NCBI GenBank assembly: GCA_004431415.1
Contig: QPMI01000220.1
Location: 131,090-195,089, forward strand
DNA from: Cyanophora paradoxa CCMP329
Lineage: Eukaryota; Plantae; Glaucophyta
Reading direction: 5' to 3'
DNA: 64,000 nt
Positions within the stretch are counted from its first letter, which is position 1, and every line of letters starts with the position of its first letter. The position numbers were made by a program, and so were the translations under genes. Below, piece after piece: positions 35,732 through 47,577 of the stretch. The notes under the pieces are model-generated. The model saw only the letters and a list, made by a program, of their open reading frames with translations, did not search any database and was not told the origin of the DNA.

Positions 35732-38700
35732 ACGTTACATGAATGTAACGTCCGTGTTACGTTATGGTCACGAATTAGTCACGTCCACATCACCGATCAA
35801 ATTTTTCAAATTTTCGATCCCTCTCCCCTGGGCGTCGCGCGAAAATCGAATTTCCCTCCAGGATCAATTCCGGTATTTATACCCCGCCTCGATCGCGAAA
35901 CTCCAAAAAGTGGGACCCGGTCCCGCCCGGTCCCGCGACGAAAGCCCGCCACAGACGCCCCAGAGCAATGCAGAATGAGAGCGGAGGGCGCGCGCACTCC
36001 GGCAACCTCGATTTTGGCCGCCGCCGACGCTCCAGTCCGAAGAGTCGGCCGAAATGTTGATCCTGCCGGTTCCCGCCGGTCCCCCGACGCGCGCATTCGA
36101 TGCGTACTGGCGCGCATAGACATAGCAGGGCCTGCGCACTCCAGATATCCGCTTTTCGGAGCCGGAACAGTGCAGGAAGGTGCCCGATGTCAAAAATTCG
36201 ATCCTGCACAGCCCCGGGCATCTTTCCGCGCGCCCAGGCCGCGGCGCATGCGCGGATCAATAGTATATGCATTTCAGATGTAGAAGAAGCCTTCCGCACG
36301 GTCTCTAAATGCGCCGGGCCGCGAGGACCCAGCCGTCCCCGAAAATTCGATCCTGGACGGACCTGCACATCTTTCCGCGCGCCCTCGCGTCCTCACCCAC
36401 GCCCATCGCGCGCTACAGTATTCATTTGAGATCTAAACGAAGCCTTCCCCAAGCTCTGTGGCAGCGACAGAGCACGAGAACCCAGCCGACGCCAAAGTTT
36501 CGATGCTGGACAGGCCTGCACATATTTCTGTGCGCCCTCGCCTCCCCAGCCCTGGACATCGATCCAGTATGCATCCGAGACTCTGTTTGAGCGATTCATA
36601 AGCCCTGTGCATGCGCCCGGCCGCGAGAATCTCGCCTCTCCCCTCAGCAATCTCCTCTCAATTTCCTCAGAACCTCGAGCTCAACTACAGCTAGCTGATT
36701 GGCAGCACCAATCCTCCCCTCATTATTCTCTCTCAGCTGCAACAATTCCTCCGATTACAGAATTATATTTTCTCAGGAAATCTCCTCTCATTACAACTCC
36801 CCCCATAATTGTATTCCCTCTCGGCAACCCCTCCTCCCCTCTCCCTCCCCCGCCGACCCAGCAACAGCCACAACGGGCCGCGATGAACAAGGGGGGCAGG
36901 AGGTGGGCCGCTGAGGCTTCGCCCGATGTTTGGGACCCGCAGGGGCCCAGGGCTTGTTCGGAAATCCGGGTCGGCGATCGAAATTCCTGTAACTTCCAGG
37001 TTACGTCCGTCCCGCCTGTACGCCCCGAACTCGTCCTGAATCAATTCACGCACTTACCTCGACAGTGACGTCACGCAACTTTCCATCGACTCTGTCTCAT
37101 GGATCTAATCTCGAACTTGTACGCTGCAATCTCGAGAGCTGTCACGAATCAATTTCGATCCTGGCTCCCCTAAGACGACCGCTCTCCCGTGGGCGTCAGC
37201 CGAAAATCGAATTTCTCTCGCGGATCGATTCCGATATTTATACCCCGGTTCGATCGGGAAACTCCAAAAAGTGGGACCCGGTCCCGCCCGGTCCCGCGAC
37301 GAAAGCGTGCGAGGGACGTCCCAGACCGGCACAGAATGAGAGCCGAGGGCGCGCGCACCACCGCAAGCTCGATTCGGGTGCCCTCGACACTGCGTGCAAA
37401 GACTCGGCCGAAACTTTGCAATTGACCCAGCCGGTCCCAGCCAGTCCCGCGACGTGCGCAATCGATGCGTACTAGTGCGCATAGACATAGCAAGGCCTGC
37501 GCACTGCAGGGATCCGCTTTTCGGAGCCGAAACAGCGCAGGAAGCCACCCGGCGGCGAAAATTCGATCCTGCACAGGCCCGGACATCTTTCCGCGCGCCC
37601 ACGCCGCGGCGCATGCGCGGAACAATAGTATAAGCATTTGAGATGGAGGCAAACCCTTCCGCGCGCTTTGCAGATGCGCCGGGCCGCGAGAACCCAGCCG
37701 ACCCCGAAAATTCGATCCTGGACGGACCTGCACATCTTTCCGCGCGCCCTCGCATCCTCACGCATGCCCATCGTTACAGTATTCATTTGAAAGCTTTTCC
37801 AAGCGTTGCGCAAGCTCTCTGGGGGCGAAAGAGCAGAAGAACCCAGCCGACGCTAAATTTTCGATCCTGCACAGGCCTGCACATATTTCCGTGCGCCCTC
37901 GAGCTCGCCTCCGCAGCCCTCCACATTGATAGTATATGCATTCGAGGTACTGTGCAAGAGATTCGCAAGCTCTACGCATGCGCCTGGCCGCGGGAACCTC
38001 GCTCCTCCCCTCAATGATGAGGAGCTCGATCGAGCTTGAGGTGAGATCTAGGGGGGAAATGTATATATATGTATATATATTTCCCTGTAGATCCCCCCTC
38101 TAGCTCGAACTATTTGTTTTCCCCCTCTAGATCTCACCTCGAGCTCAAGCTCCACCGACCAATATATGGCAGCGATGAATAAGAGGCGGCGGCCCGGGGG
38201 GGCTTCGAAAAAGCCCAACCTTTCGCACACGCAAGCTTATAATTAAGAACCCACGGCTCGGCGGTGTACATGTACATGTAGAGGCGTGGCGAGGAGCTGC
38301 CGCAGTGCGACTGCCTGGAGCGGAAGCGCGGCACGCAGCCGCCGCCGGGCCGGGCGCCCTGGCTTGCTGGGCGGAGCTCAGCCTCGGAGCTCGGCGGCCT
38401 GGCGGCATGACTTGGTGGATGGTGCGGAGGCGCCAGGGGCGGCGGCGCGGCTCGCCGGACGGAGCGGAGGCGCTCGGGGCAGCCGCCGGGCGCCATGGCT
38501 CGCCGGGTGGGGCGCAGCCTCGGAGCGCGGCGGCCTGGCGACGTGGCTCAACGGCTTGGCGGACGGAGCGGAGGCCCCAAGGGCGGCGGCGAGGCTCTCA
38601 GGGCGGAGGGTGGCAGCTCGCGGCCGGATGCTTGCAATTGGCGGGCGGGCCATGGCGGAGCAGAGGATCGGAACGCTCGGGCGGGGCGGACCCGCAGGCT

Positions 38701-39156
38701 AGGCATGGAGGCGGCGGATCCGGTCGACGCCTACCGAGCGCTGCCCACTTAGCCTCATTGACGCTAAGACAGACTCTCTGAGACAGGGAGGCTGAGATAG
38801 CAGGCATGCATTGGCAGGGCTTACCACACGTGAGTGTGGGCTTGTTGAAATAGAATATAAAAATAATAAAATATATTGAATTTCTCCGTCTTCGCACCCT
38901 CGAGCTCAGCTTCCCCTTCCCAGCCCCTCCGGCCTTCCCGGGAGCCCTCCCAGCTCGTAAAGAGTCTCAGAGAGTGAGAGTGAAGTCGATTAGAGACAAT
39001 TCAGAGTGAAAGAGACTCTCTGCAGTGCGTGGGGTCTCTGCAAGTGCTGCACTAGTACTGCGGATTGAAATTTCAATTGAATTTTCAAAGCTTTCAAAGG
39101 GTCGACTTTCAGTTTCAACGCCAAATTTTTGAATTTCATGAAATTCACCAACCCTA
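35528..39156. mobile_element. 3.6-kb non-autonomous hAT-type element nested in the rolling-circle element; left end duplicated at 34193
   Basis: TIR TAGGGTTGG / CCAACCCTA. 8-bp TSD CCGTACGG at 35520-35527 and 39157-39164 (also 34185-34192). Clusters of TTGAAATT-like subterminal motifs at both ends. No transposase ORF recognised. Confidence 0.85.
35810..38012 (+). repeat. Two diverged ~0.83-kb direct repeats (period about 1.36 kb), each containing three ~150-bp subunits
   Basis: Shared core AAACTCCAAAAAGTGGGACCCGGTCCCGCCCGGTCCCGCGACGAAAGC at about 35898 and 37259. Subunit anchor AAATTCGATCCTG near 36194/36343/36495 and 37559/37708/37857. Confidence 0.85.
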
Positions 39157-39929
39157 CCGTACGGGAGTCAACGGCCCGGCGGGACCCGGGAAATCGCGAT
39201 CGGGGTCCGGATTCGGGCCCCCAATTTCGGGAATCGATTCCGACGATCCGCGGGCCGCGGCGGTCCCTGTCTCCTCTAGATTTCGGCTTCCTCGCAGTGC
39301 GTCGCGTACGCCTTGCTCTTCGTTGCGCGGTTCTGCATGGAACCACTTCTCTCCACCTGTCAACGTCTCCTCTAGATTTCCGCCTGCAAACTGCTTGCGT
39401 TGCTGCCTGCGCCGCTGCAGCTGATCGCAGCCGAGCACGCCCGGCCGGCCAGATCTAGACCGTACTCTCTTGCTGCGCTTATATCGAGCTTATATCGAGC
39501 TTATATTAATATTGCAGAACCGCGTGTGCCGGCCGAGCACGCCGGCCGGGCCGGGCGCTCGGCGCTCTTGTTGCGATCGATATCGGCACCCGGACAGCAG
39601 ACTAGCTAGTGTGCTGCGCACGACTCGGACGTGGCCGCAGTGGCGCTTGTCCGCTCATTCGGCAACCCGCGTGCGCCCTGCGTTAACGTTGCGCCGCGTG
39701 CACGTGCGTGCGCCCCCGCCGCCTGTCACGTGCACCCGGCCTGGGCATTGCCTCCGGATCCGGACGCGCCGCTGCACGCCGCTTTCCGGTCGTTACGGAT
39801 CCAGCTAACAGGCCAGCTGGCTGCACTGCAGCTTAAGCTTCAGCAGTGTTTGCAACAGCCGGCAGTTCCCTTATTCAGCAGTAGCTCAGCTGCAGGGGAA
39901 AGACCTTCCCTTGGCGAATTTCAGACGAG

Positions 39930-41255
39930 ATGGGACGGACAGCTGCATTGGACCTTGTCCTCGGGCGAGATTTCCTGCCGTCGCACTGCACGCTCTCATC
40001 GTCGTGCACGGGCGGCATTTGTTTACATTGTCCGGACGGAGCCCGTGAACACATCTGCTGGCGCCAGAGCTTGTTTCGTCATGTCCGGCAACACGGTCGC
40101 AGCGCTCGAGTTCGTGCAGTTTCCATCGAGCCGCGCGCACGCTCGCAAAAACGCAGCAGCTAACGCACGTATTCACCGCCACGCAGGGGAGTTCGAAAAC
40201 AGCAATGCGTGCCCAGCCTTCAGTTGGCGATCCGCGAAGCGCGCGTTTGTGTGTCCAAGTGAGCTGGTTTCGCGACTTTTTACAAACTTGAAATTTTTTC
40301 GCGTCATTCAGAGGTTTTTTCAGAATCCGGACCGGGTGTCATCTGCAGGCGAAGACCAGAAAAGTCTTCCCACAGGCTTTTCGTTGCCTGCTCCCCTGGC
40401 GGTATTTTGTCGTTGATTGGTATGCATCTCCCGGCCGCATAAAAAATATTGACGTGCACGCTCAGCTGGACCGTTTCAACTTTCAACTGCCGTACGCTGA
40501 GCCGGCCCGCGAAACCGGCAATCAGGTTCATGCTTTGCCGGCATCGCCGTCTGCAGTGCGTAATGAATCTCAAGAGACGTCGACGCAGGAAGCTTCTTCG
40601 AAGCGCGTCCGCTGCAATGGAAGATCAGCTAATTGTGTATTGTCTTTGAACGAAAATGATCTCAATCACGCTGAGCAAAGCTTTGACTTCCGCATTTCTG
40701 AATCGCGAACTCATGCTCCCGATTCCGGCGACACTGAATGCGTATCCCGCGAAATTGAGCTCCCCGACCGCCCTGGCTTCCCCCCCACGCGCGAGCAAGC
40801 CGTCGCCTTCGCTTTAGCGACCGTCGAAGCACTCGCGGCTGCGCGGCAGCATCGCTTCGTCGTTCGCTTTGTCGGGTGAGCGAAAATTCATTCAAGTGGA
40901 CCGCCCATAGCTGACCTCTGTTCATGATTGCCACGGCAGGCCGGCGATCGAGGACCTCCACATATGCATGGGAGTCCTCAAGCGCCTCCATGACGCCGGC
41001 CTCGCGGATATCGAAATTCAAGACCTTGTCTACCAGATGCGCGCCGGGAGCGGGCAGCGCGACAGCCGCGTGGCTCTGCGGGCGCTCGAGGCGGCGGGCC
41101 GCCTCACCATGCTCTCGCAAGACGGCCCTCTTCATGACCGGCGCCGCTGGCTGCCGCTCACCCCCATGGTCGACTTCCGCCCCGACCCCCTGCAGAAGGC
41201 CTGGATCGCCTATGTTTACGGCGAGCCCTCTGCAGACAGCACCATCATCGTTTAG
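39930..41255 (+). CDS. Protein of about 340 aa with an N-terminal C2H2/BED-like zinc finger; 5 exons; cargo of the rolling-circle element
   Basis: Exons 39930-40113, 40187-40258, 40349-40401, 40466-40875 and 40940-41255 are joined by four phase-compatible GT-AG introns. Motif ICLHCPDGAREHICWRQSLFRHVRQH (CxxC-x16-HxxxH). C-terminal region AVAFALATVEAL...PLQKAWIAYVYG is unassigned. Confidence 0.65.
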
Positions 41256-42159
41256 CCAGCTGTTCAGGGTTAGCGGTAGGCCGTGCGAACACAGTTGATG
41301 CGCAGAGTTTTTTCGCTCCAGAACAATCTTTCATATACAGTGCGCTCAATCTGGCCGTTCATTCAGGCTTTTCTTTATTCGGTTAGATCGCAGCGTCTGC
41401 TTATCAGCCCTTTTCTATTCTTTTCAATCTTTACCTTATCTGCTAATCTGCTAATCTGTCTCTATCTTTACTACTTCAACCTGCCGCGCGCGCTGAGCCG
41501 GGGTCGATCTACATCTGCCCCGTGCATGTTCGTGCCACTACTACTCTTTCATTAGATCCCGGTTCCCCCCTTGCACCCCCGGCGCGCCAAACGCGGCCGG
41601 GCCCCTAGTTAATAATTAACGCATCATGATGACTCAGTGACTCGACCGCCGTGTGCATCATAATGACAGCACTGCTTATACGGAGGAATTCGAACAACCG
41701 ACACACTGACACGTGACAACACTGACAAGTACCCTGATGGTAAGTATTAGTAACACATTCGCTTCTTTTGGTCACACTCTAGAATTCAATCTGAAGTATG
41801 GAGGAGCGTCGCGAGTCGCGACTCGCGACTCGCGATTCGCGAACTTCGGAAGCGGAGCGTCTAGATCTAGAGGCTCGAAAATACTATGATAGTCGAAATT
41901 CAGCCAGATTGAGCAGCAACGCCGACCCGCGTCGCGTCGTCCCCGGGCTGTCGGCCACAAAAAAAAGCCGAGCGAGGAGGCGCCGCTGGCGGAAAACGCC
42001 GAGCATTTCGCCGAGTCGGAGATCTCGAGAGTACTAGTATACGTAGCGGCCGCTCGGACCTCGCGACTCGAGTCGCGAGTCGCGAGCGAAGCGACGTCGA
42101 CAACGAGCGACCACAGCCCTCTTGTGCCCGCCCCGCGCTGTGGCGCCGGCTAGGACAGC

Positions 42160-45100
42160 CTAGGAGACGGCGCCCCACTTGGGCCCGGTGCGCTCGGCGG
42201 GGGCGAGGGGCTCGATGGGCCGCTTGTGCACGAGCTCCGGCTTCTTGTCGAGCACCACCTCCGACTTGCGCGTGTACTGCCTGCGCCCCCGCCGCTCGCC
42301 AACGGCCCCCGGGGAGGCGGGCATCGGGTAGGGAGGGGCCGAGCTCACCTGAAGTCGACGTCCGACACGTTGAGCGCCGGGTCGCTCTCCCGGAACTTGA
42401 CCGTCGTCCCCTGTACCCCCGAAGAGCCCGCGAGGGGCCCCTGCGCGCCCCGCCGGCGTCAGGGCGCGCGCAGCGCGGGTGCCCGATCGCGGCGCACGTC
42501 GTCGGGGGGCGGCTCCTGCAGGAACGTCGACGTCGGGGGCACGGGCGCCGGCCCGCCCCGGCCCTTGAACGTCAGCGCCTTCTGCGGCGGCTGTGAGCCG
42601 TGGGGCGGGCGGGATAAAGCGCGGGGGGCGCGCCTTCTGCGGCGGGTCCTTCCTCATGTCCTCGGCCCGCTCCAGGGGGTGAACTTTGTCCCGGTTCACT
42701 CCTGTCGCGGGCTCAGGAACGAGGATGAAAAGGGGCAGAAGCGGGGCGGGCGGACCGCGCCAGTGGAAGCTCATGCGGGCCTGGTCGACGACGACCTTGG
42801 CGCGCCAGTCGTCGATCTCCTTCTGCCGCTGCGCCTGCGCCCGCGGAGACGCGTCGGGGGCGGGCAAGCGTTGCCGCGGGTAGCTCGAGGGCGCACGGCC
42901 ATCTCCTGGACGAGGCCGGCGCCGGCGAGGTGGACGCTCTTGAAGAACTCGCCCTCCTTCTCGAAGAGCTGCGGCTTCACCGGCACCGTGTCGAACCCGG
43001 GCCTCTCGTCCTCGCTGCGGGGGGCGTTAGCGGGCGGGGCAAGGCGGGGGCGCAGGGGGGCGGGGCGGGGCGCACGGGGGCCGCGTGTCGCGCCCGCGGT
43101 CGCCGAGGGCGGAGCCGCCGGGCTCGCCGCCCCACGGCTCCCGCAGGTCCGCGACCCGCTGCTCGCTCGGCTTCTTCGGGTGCACGTTCTGCGCCCCGGG
43201 CTCGCCCTTTGGGGGGTACACGAATCCCTCCGGCGTCACGAAGCGCGCCCGCGTCGCCGCGAGCTCCTTCGCCGCGATGTCCGAGTCGTTGACCTGCCGG
43301 GCTCCGCACCCTCAGCGAAGGGCGCCCGCTCGGCGCCTGTACCCCGCGCACGAGGGGTACGGAGAGGGAGAGGTAACGGTCGGAGAAGGTGTAGAACGCG
43401 TCCCTGGCCTCGGGCTTGCCGAGCTCGCGCTGCATGGCCGCCAGCTGCAGCTGGCTGTACTCCAGCTTCTGCCCGCTGTACACGTACACCGGCACGCCCT
43501 CGGGCACCGGGTGCGTGTCCGCGTAGTGCCGCGGCGGGCCCTCCACCGCTTTCTGCGCGGGCCGTGTGAGCCTCCCGGCGAGGCAGGAAGGAAAATGGCC
43601 CGGCCGGGATTCGAACCCTGTTCTCCTCAATGTGGTCGACGTACTGCCTGTGCTTGAGGCCCTCGAGGAACCTGCGGGCGGCGGGGCGGGGCGGGGCGGG
43701 GCGGTCAGGCCAGAGGGTCTCCGAGCGGGCGGCCCCGGCCGCCGCGCGGGCGGACGGGAGGGTACAAGCGCACTCGGGGTTGACGTGCTCGGTGGCGCCC
43801 TTGCGGAAGGTGCGGCGGCGCCCGCCCTGCTCCGCGTCCAGCTCCGCCTGCGACGCCGTGTACTGCGCGGAGCGGGCGCACCGCGTCAGCGAGGAGGGGA
43901 GGAGAGGGGTACAGGTCCCGGGCGAAGGGGAAGGAGGGATACCAGCGTGGAGGCGTCGACCTCCTTGATCCCCTCGACGTCCTCGGGGACCTGAGGGGGG
44001 AGGAAATGAGGGGTACGTCTCTTAGAAGGGTACGGGGGTACGGAGCGCGCCATGACGTCGCCGAACTTCTTGTCGAGGGCGGCGAGGGCGTCGACGCTGG
44101 GGAAGATCTCCATGCGCGCCACGTCCCGCATCCGCATCATCTTCCGCAGCTGCGCGCCGCGAGGCGAGGGCCGGTCGGGAGGGGCGGGGCGGGGCGGGCG
44201 GGCGCGGGGGCGGGAGGGGCGGCGCGGGGCGCACGTCCATGAGCTTGTACATGGCGTCGATACACTCCGGGGCGATCTGGGGCGCGCAAGGGGCGCGCCT
44301 CGGCGCCCGCCCGGGGGGGAAGGGGCGCGGGCGGGGCAGACCTTGCCGCGGACGTAGGCGGCCGACTCGGCGAGGATGCCCGACAGCGCCCGCCGCAGCT
44401 GCCCCACCCGTCAGAGAGGGCGGAGGGCGAAGAAGGGCGGGGGCGGAGGGGGCGGGGAGGGAACGGCGCGCGTGCCTTGATGCGCTTGATCTGGAGGTCG
44501 AGGGCGGCGTAGGCGCGGGCCTCGAAGAGGCAGTTCTGGTTGCAGAGGACGCGGAAGTTCTCGTTGTTCGACTCCGTCCTGCCCGCCACGCCGCCTCAGC
44601 CTCGGCCGGGCCCGGGCGGGCGGGCGGGGGACCTCGTCATCTCGTCGATGAGGGCGGCCATGCCACGGGAGGCGAGGCCCTCCACCACGAACTCCCGCAC
44701 CTCGCTGTCGATCACCTGGGGGAGGGGAGGGGATCAAGCGGGGGAGGGGGGGGGGCTGGGGGAGGAGGGCGGGCCTGGAAGCCCGTGAGGATGTCGAGGT
44801 CGGGGTCGGCCCGCTGCTCCTCGCTCAGCCGGTACGTCGCCAGCCGCCGCGCGTTCGCCTGCCGGGGGGAGTGAGCCACGCATTCGCAGGCGCTGCTTCG
44901 TAGATCGGGGCGGGGCGGGCCTGCTCGGAGCCGTCGAGGGCGAGGGCGGCGGCGTTGACGCGGTTGATGCAGCCCATGCACTTGTGCAGCATCGGCGTGT
45001 TCTCGTACCTGCCCGGGGGGCCGCCTCAGGGTCTCATCTAGAGGCGAGGCCTCTAAAGCCCGGGCGCGCGCGCGCACCGGAAGATGATGACGCAGCGGGT

Positions 45101-47385
45101 GTAGATGCCCTTGGCCATGATCCCGCTCGTCATCAGCAGCTTCGGGTTGTGCGTCTTCTCCTTCTCCTTCCCGCCCCCGCCCTCGCCCCCGTGCTCCTTC
45201 TCCGCCTCGGCGCCCTCGCCCGCCGCCGCCGGTGCCGCCTCCTTCTTCTTGGGGGGCTTGAGGGGCCCGTGGAGGCTGGCCCGGAGGCTGACGACGCTGC
45301 CGGCCTGCACGTACTGCCCCCCGTCCTCCCGCGCGCGCTCGTCCGCCGGCGCCGGCTTCGCCAGGTCCCGCGGGGGCAGCCGCGCCGGCAGCACGTTCGC
45401 CGTCAGCTGCCCCCGCCCCTCGTCAGCTCGCTCGGGCGGGGAGCGCGGGTGGGCCGGGGGTACTGCAGCGCACCTTCACGGACGTCTCCCCCCGCACGAG
45501 GTCGGCGAGCGCTGCGGGGGTACGGTGAGCGCGGCGCTCGGGGGCGGGGGGGGAGGGGGGGAGGGGCGCCGGGCCGCACAGAAGGTGGCGAGGCCATAGG
45601 GGTCCGGGCCCGGCTCGCTCTGCTCGGCCGGCCCGCGCGGCTGAAGCGCCGCCGCCGAGGCGAGCGGGTCGGCGGGGGCGGCGGGGAGGCGGCGGGGGCG
45701 GCGTGGGCGCCCCGCCCGCCGCGCCCTTGAGGGTCCCCTTCTTCTCCTCGCGGCCGCCGAGGCCGGCCGCCGGCGAGGGGCCCGCGAGGCGCGCCGCCCC
45801 TGGGCCGCCTCGGGGGCGCCAGGCCGGCGCCGGGGGCGGGGAGGGCGCGGCCTCGGCGGGGGCGGCGCGCGGGGCCGGCCTCTTGCGGACTATGTCGCGG
45901 TCGCGCACGGCGACGGCGAGCGGGGCGCGGAGGGCGGCGGCCACGCGCTCGTGGCCCAGCAGGCCCGTGAGGAAGACCCGCCGGAAGCCGAAGCGCAGCG
46001 TCCCGTCGTGCGCGAGCGGCGCCGAGGCCGCCGGCGCCGCGTCCCCCACAAACTGGAACGACGCCGTCCTGGGGGAGGGGGGGGCAAGGCGTCGGCGCGG
46101 GGGTACGTGGTTTTTCGGGGGGAGGTGGGAGGGGGGCGTACACGGGCTTGTAGGAGGCGCGGAGGTCGTCCCAGGGGCGGGGGCCCGAGGGCATCTGAGC
46201 GGCCCGGATCACTTCGATCGTGAGCGGGTTGTACCTGCCGCCCGCCCGCCCGTCGCGTCAGACGGCGCGGCGCGCGGGAAGCGCGGAGGGGGGGTACGCG
46301 GTCACCGGGTGCGCATGAGGTCGGTGAGGAGGGGTACGTCGAGGGAGGCCTCGAGGAGGACCTCGGAGAGGGGGAGGGGGAGGGGGTGGACCGGCTGCTG
46401 CCGCGTGAGCTTCAGGGAGGCGCTGGTATCCCCCAGCAGGAACCCGGCGTAGTCGATCCGGCCCCCGGAGACCAGCTCGGGGGGGTACAGCGCCGGGTCG
46501 GGGAGGGCGTCGCCGCCCCCCGGCTTGGCCTTGGCGCCCTCGGCCTTGGGCGCCGCCTTGCCCGCGGGGGGCTTGCCCGCCGCGGCGGCCCCGGGGACGG
46601 CCACAGCCGCCTGCGGGGGCAGCTCCTGCCGCCAGAGCTCGAGCTTGCAGCCCCCGATCGCCTGCAGGGAGAGGAGGAAGGGCTGGCGGGGGGCGTCAGC
46701 GCAGCCGGGGCGCGGCTCGCGGGGTGCGCGCTCGCCTCGTCGGCCATCTTCTCAGCGGTGAAGTCCCGCGTGTAGGGCCCGACCGTGAAGGCCTCGGTCT
46801 GCGGGGCGGGCGGCCCGGCGCGCGTCAGAGGAGCCGCGGCCGCGGCGCCCGCGCGCGGTGCCGGCGGGCACCTTGACTGGCTCCTCGTCGAACATCTGAA
46901 AGGTGAAGTAGTAGACGTGCGTGGGGGGCGGCAGCGCCGCCGCAGCCGCCGCCGCCGCAGCCGCTGCGGCTGCCGCGGACGCCGCCGGCCCGCCCGCGGC
47001 TGGCGGCGCTGTCTGCGGGTGCACGCCGCCCGCCGCGTCCGCTGTGTGAGGCGCTGCGCGCACGGAAGGCATCAGCAGGACAGGACGGCCGGCCTTTGCG
47101 CTAAGGGCGGAGTTGCTAGCTATCCGCTTTCGCGGGGAGCAGGACCGGCGCACGAGGCTCGACAGTTGTGGCGGTTAGCTTGAAGGTCCATGTGAGCTTG
47201 TGTGGCACGATGATCTCCTCGCCGTCGGGCCCGAGGACGCTGCAAGCGAGGTCAGCCAGGCTGCAGCGGGCAGCGGTTCTGCAGCACGTTTAGCTACGGG
47301 CAATAGCGGCGCACGGTCCAGGAGGCGGCTCCGGCTCCTTTGCACCCGCTGCCGATTTAAGCTCTCCTGCCTTCTTGGGCGGCAT
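42160..47385 (-). CDS. CFAP92: CFAP92-like (KIAA1257/FLJ43738, DUF4550) ciliary protein (multi-exon)
   Basis: MPPKKAGE start. Family-like blocks: YNPLTIEVIRAAQMP, YKPVY, RRVFLTG, AVRDRD, PYGLATF.LADLVRG, GQYVQAGS, LDILTGFQVID..REFVVEGL, RAYAALDLQIKRIKLRRAL, FPSVDALAALDKKFG, VYVYSGQKL. Confidence 0.75.
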
Positions 47386-47577
47386 CGCGCCCGGGCAGTG
47401 CGGGAGAGCTCCTTGGTGCTAAACGAGTGTTTACAGCTGCTGCGAGGGCTAAACTACGGTCGCGGCAGAAAGGGGCTGCTAAGTGGGGGTACGTGTAGTT
47501 TGAGGCGACAGTCAACTTCGGCGCAGCGAGGAGCGCGTTGCATGCCTCCAAATCGAGCCAGAGAAGAACATTTAGAG
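47386..47577. promoter_or_regulatory. Probable compact bidirectional promoter between the CFAP92-like gene and GPAT9
   Basis: Only 192 bp separate two divergent ATGs. No specific cis-elements were identified. Confidence 0.45.

Larger units (their letters stand above)
33671..41608 (+). mobile_element. Non-autonomous rolling-circle element (Helentron/Helitron2/proto-Helentron-like) with a cargo gene. Its 5' end is present twice (33671 and 35009).
   Basis: 5' end A|TTGCAAGGGGGGAA, with hairpin GCAAGGGGGG..GAAGACC-GAA-GGTCTTC..CCCCCCTTGC. 3' subTIR TTCCCCCCTTGCA (41563-41575) is the exact reverse complement of 33672-33684. It is followed by hairpin CCCGGCGCG-CCAAA-CGCGGCCGGG and CTAG|T at 41605-41609. 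No TSD. Confidence 0.75.

Noticed and set aside
35726-39049. GTGCTG at 35726 and 39044 as the TSD of a further nested element
   Set aside because: There are no terminal repeats or tail inside the putative TSD, and a 6-bp match is easily chance.
41465-41608. A 144-bp mini-Helitron starting at A|TCTTTACTAC
   Set aside because: Possible, but the exact 13-bp subTIR match to 33672 and the A|TT start explain the 3' end better. Kept only as an alternative 5' end.
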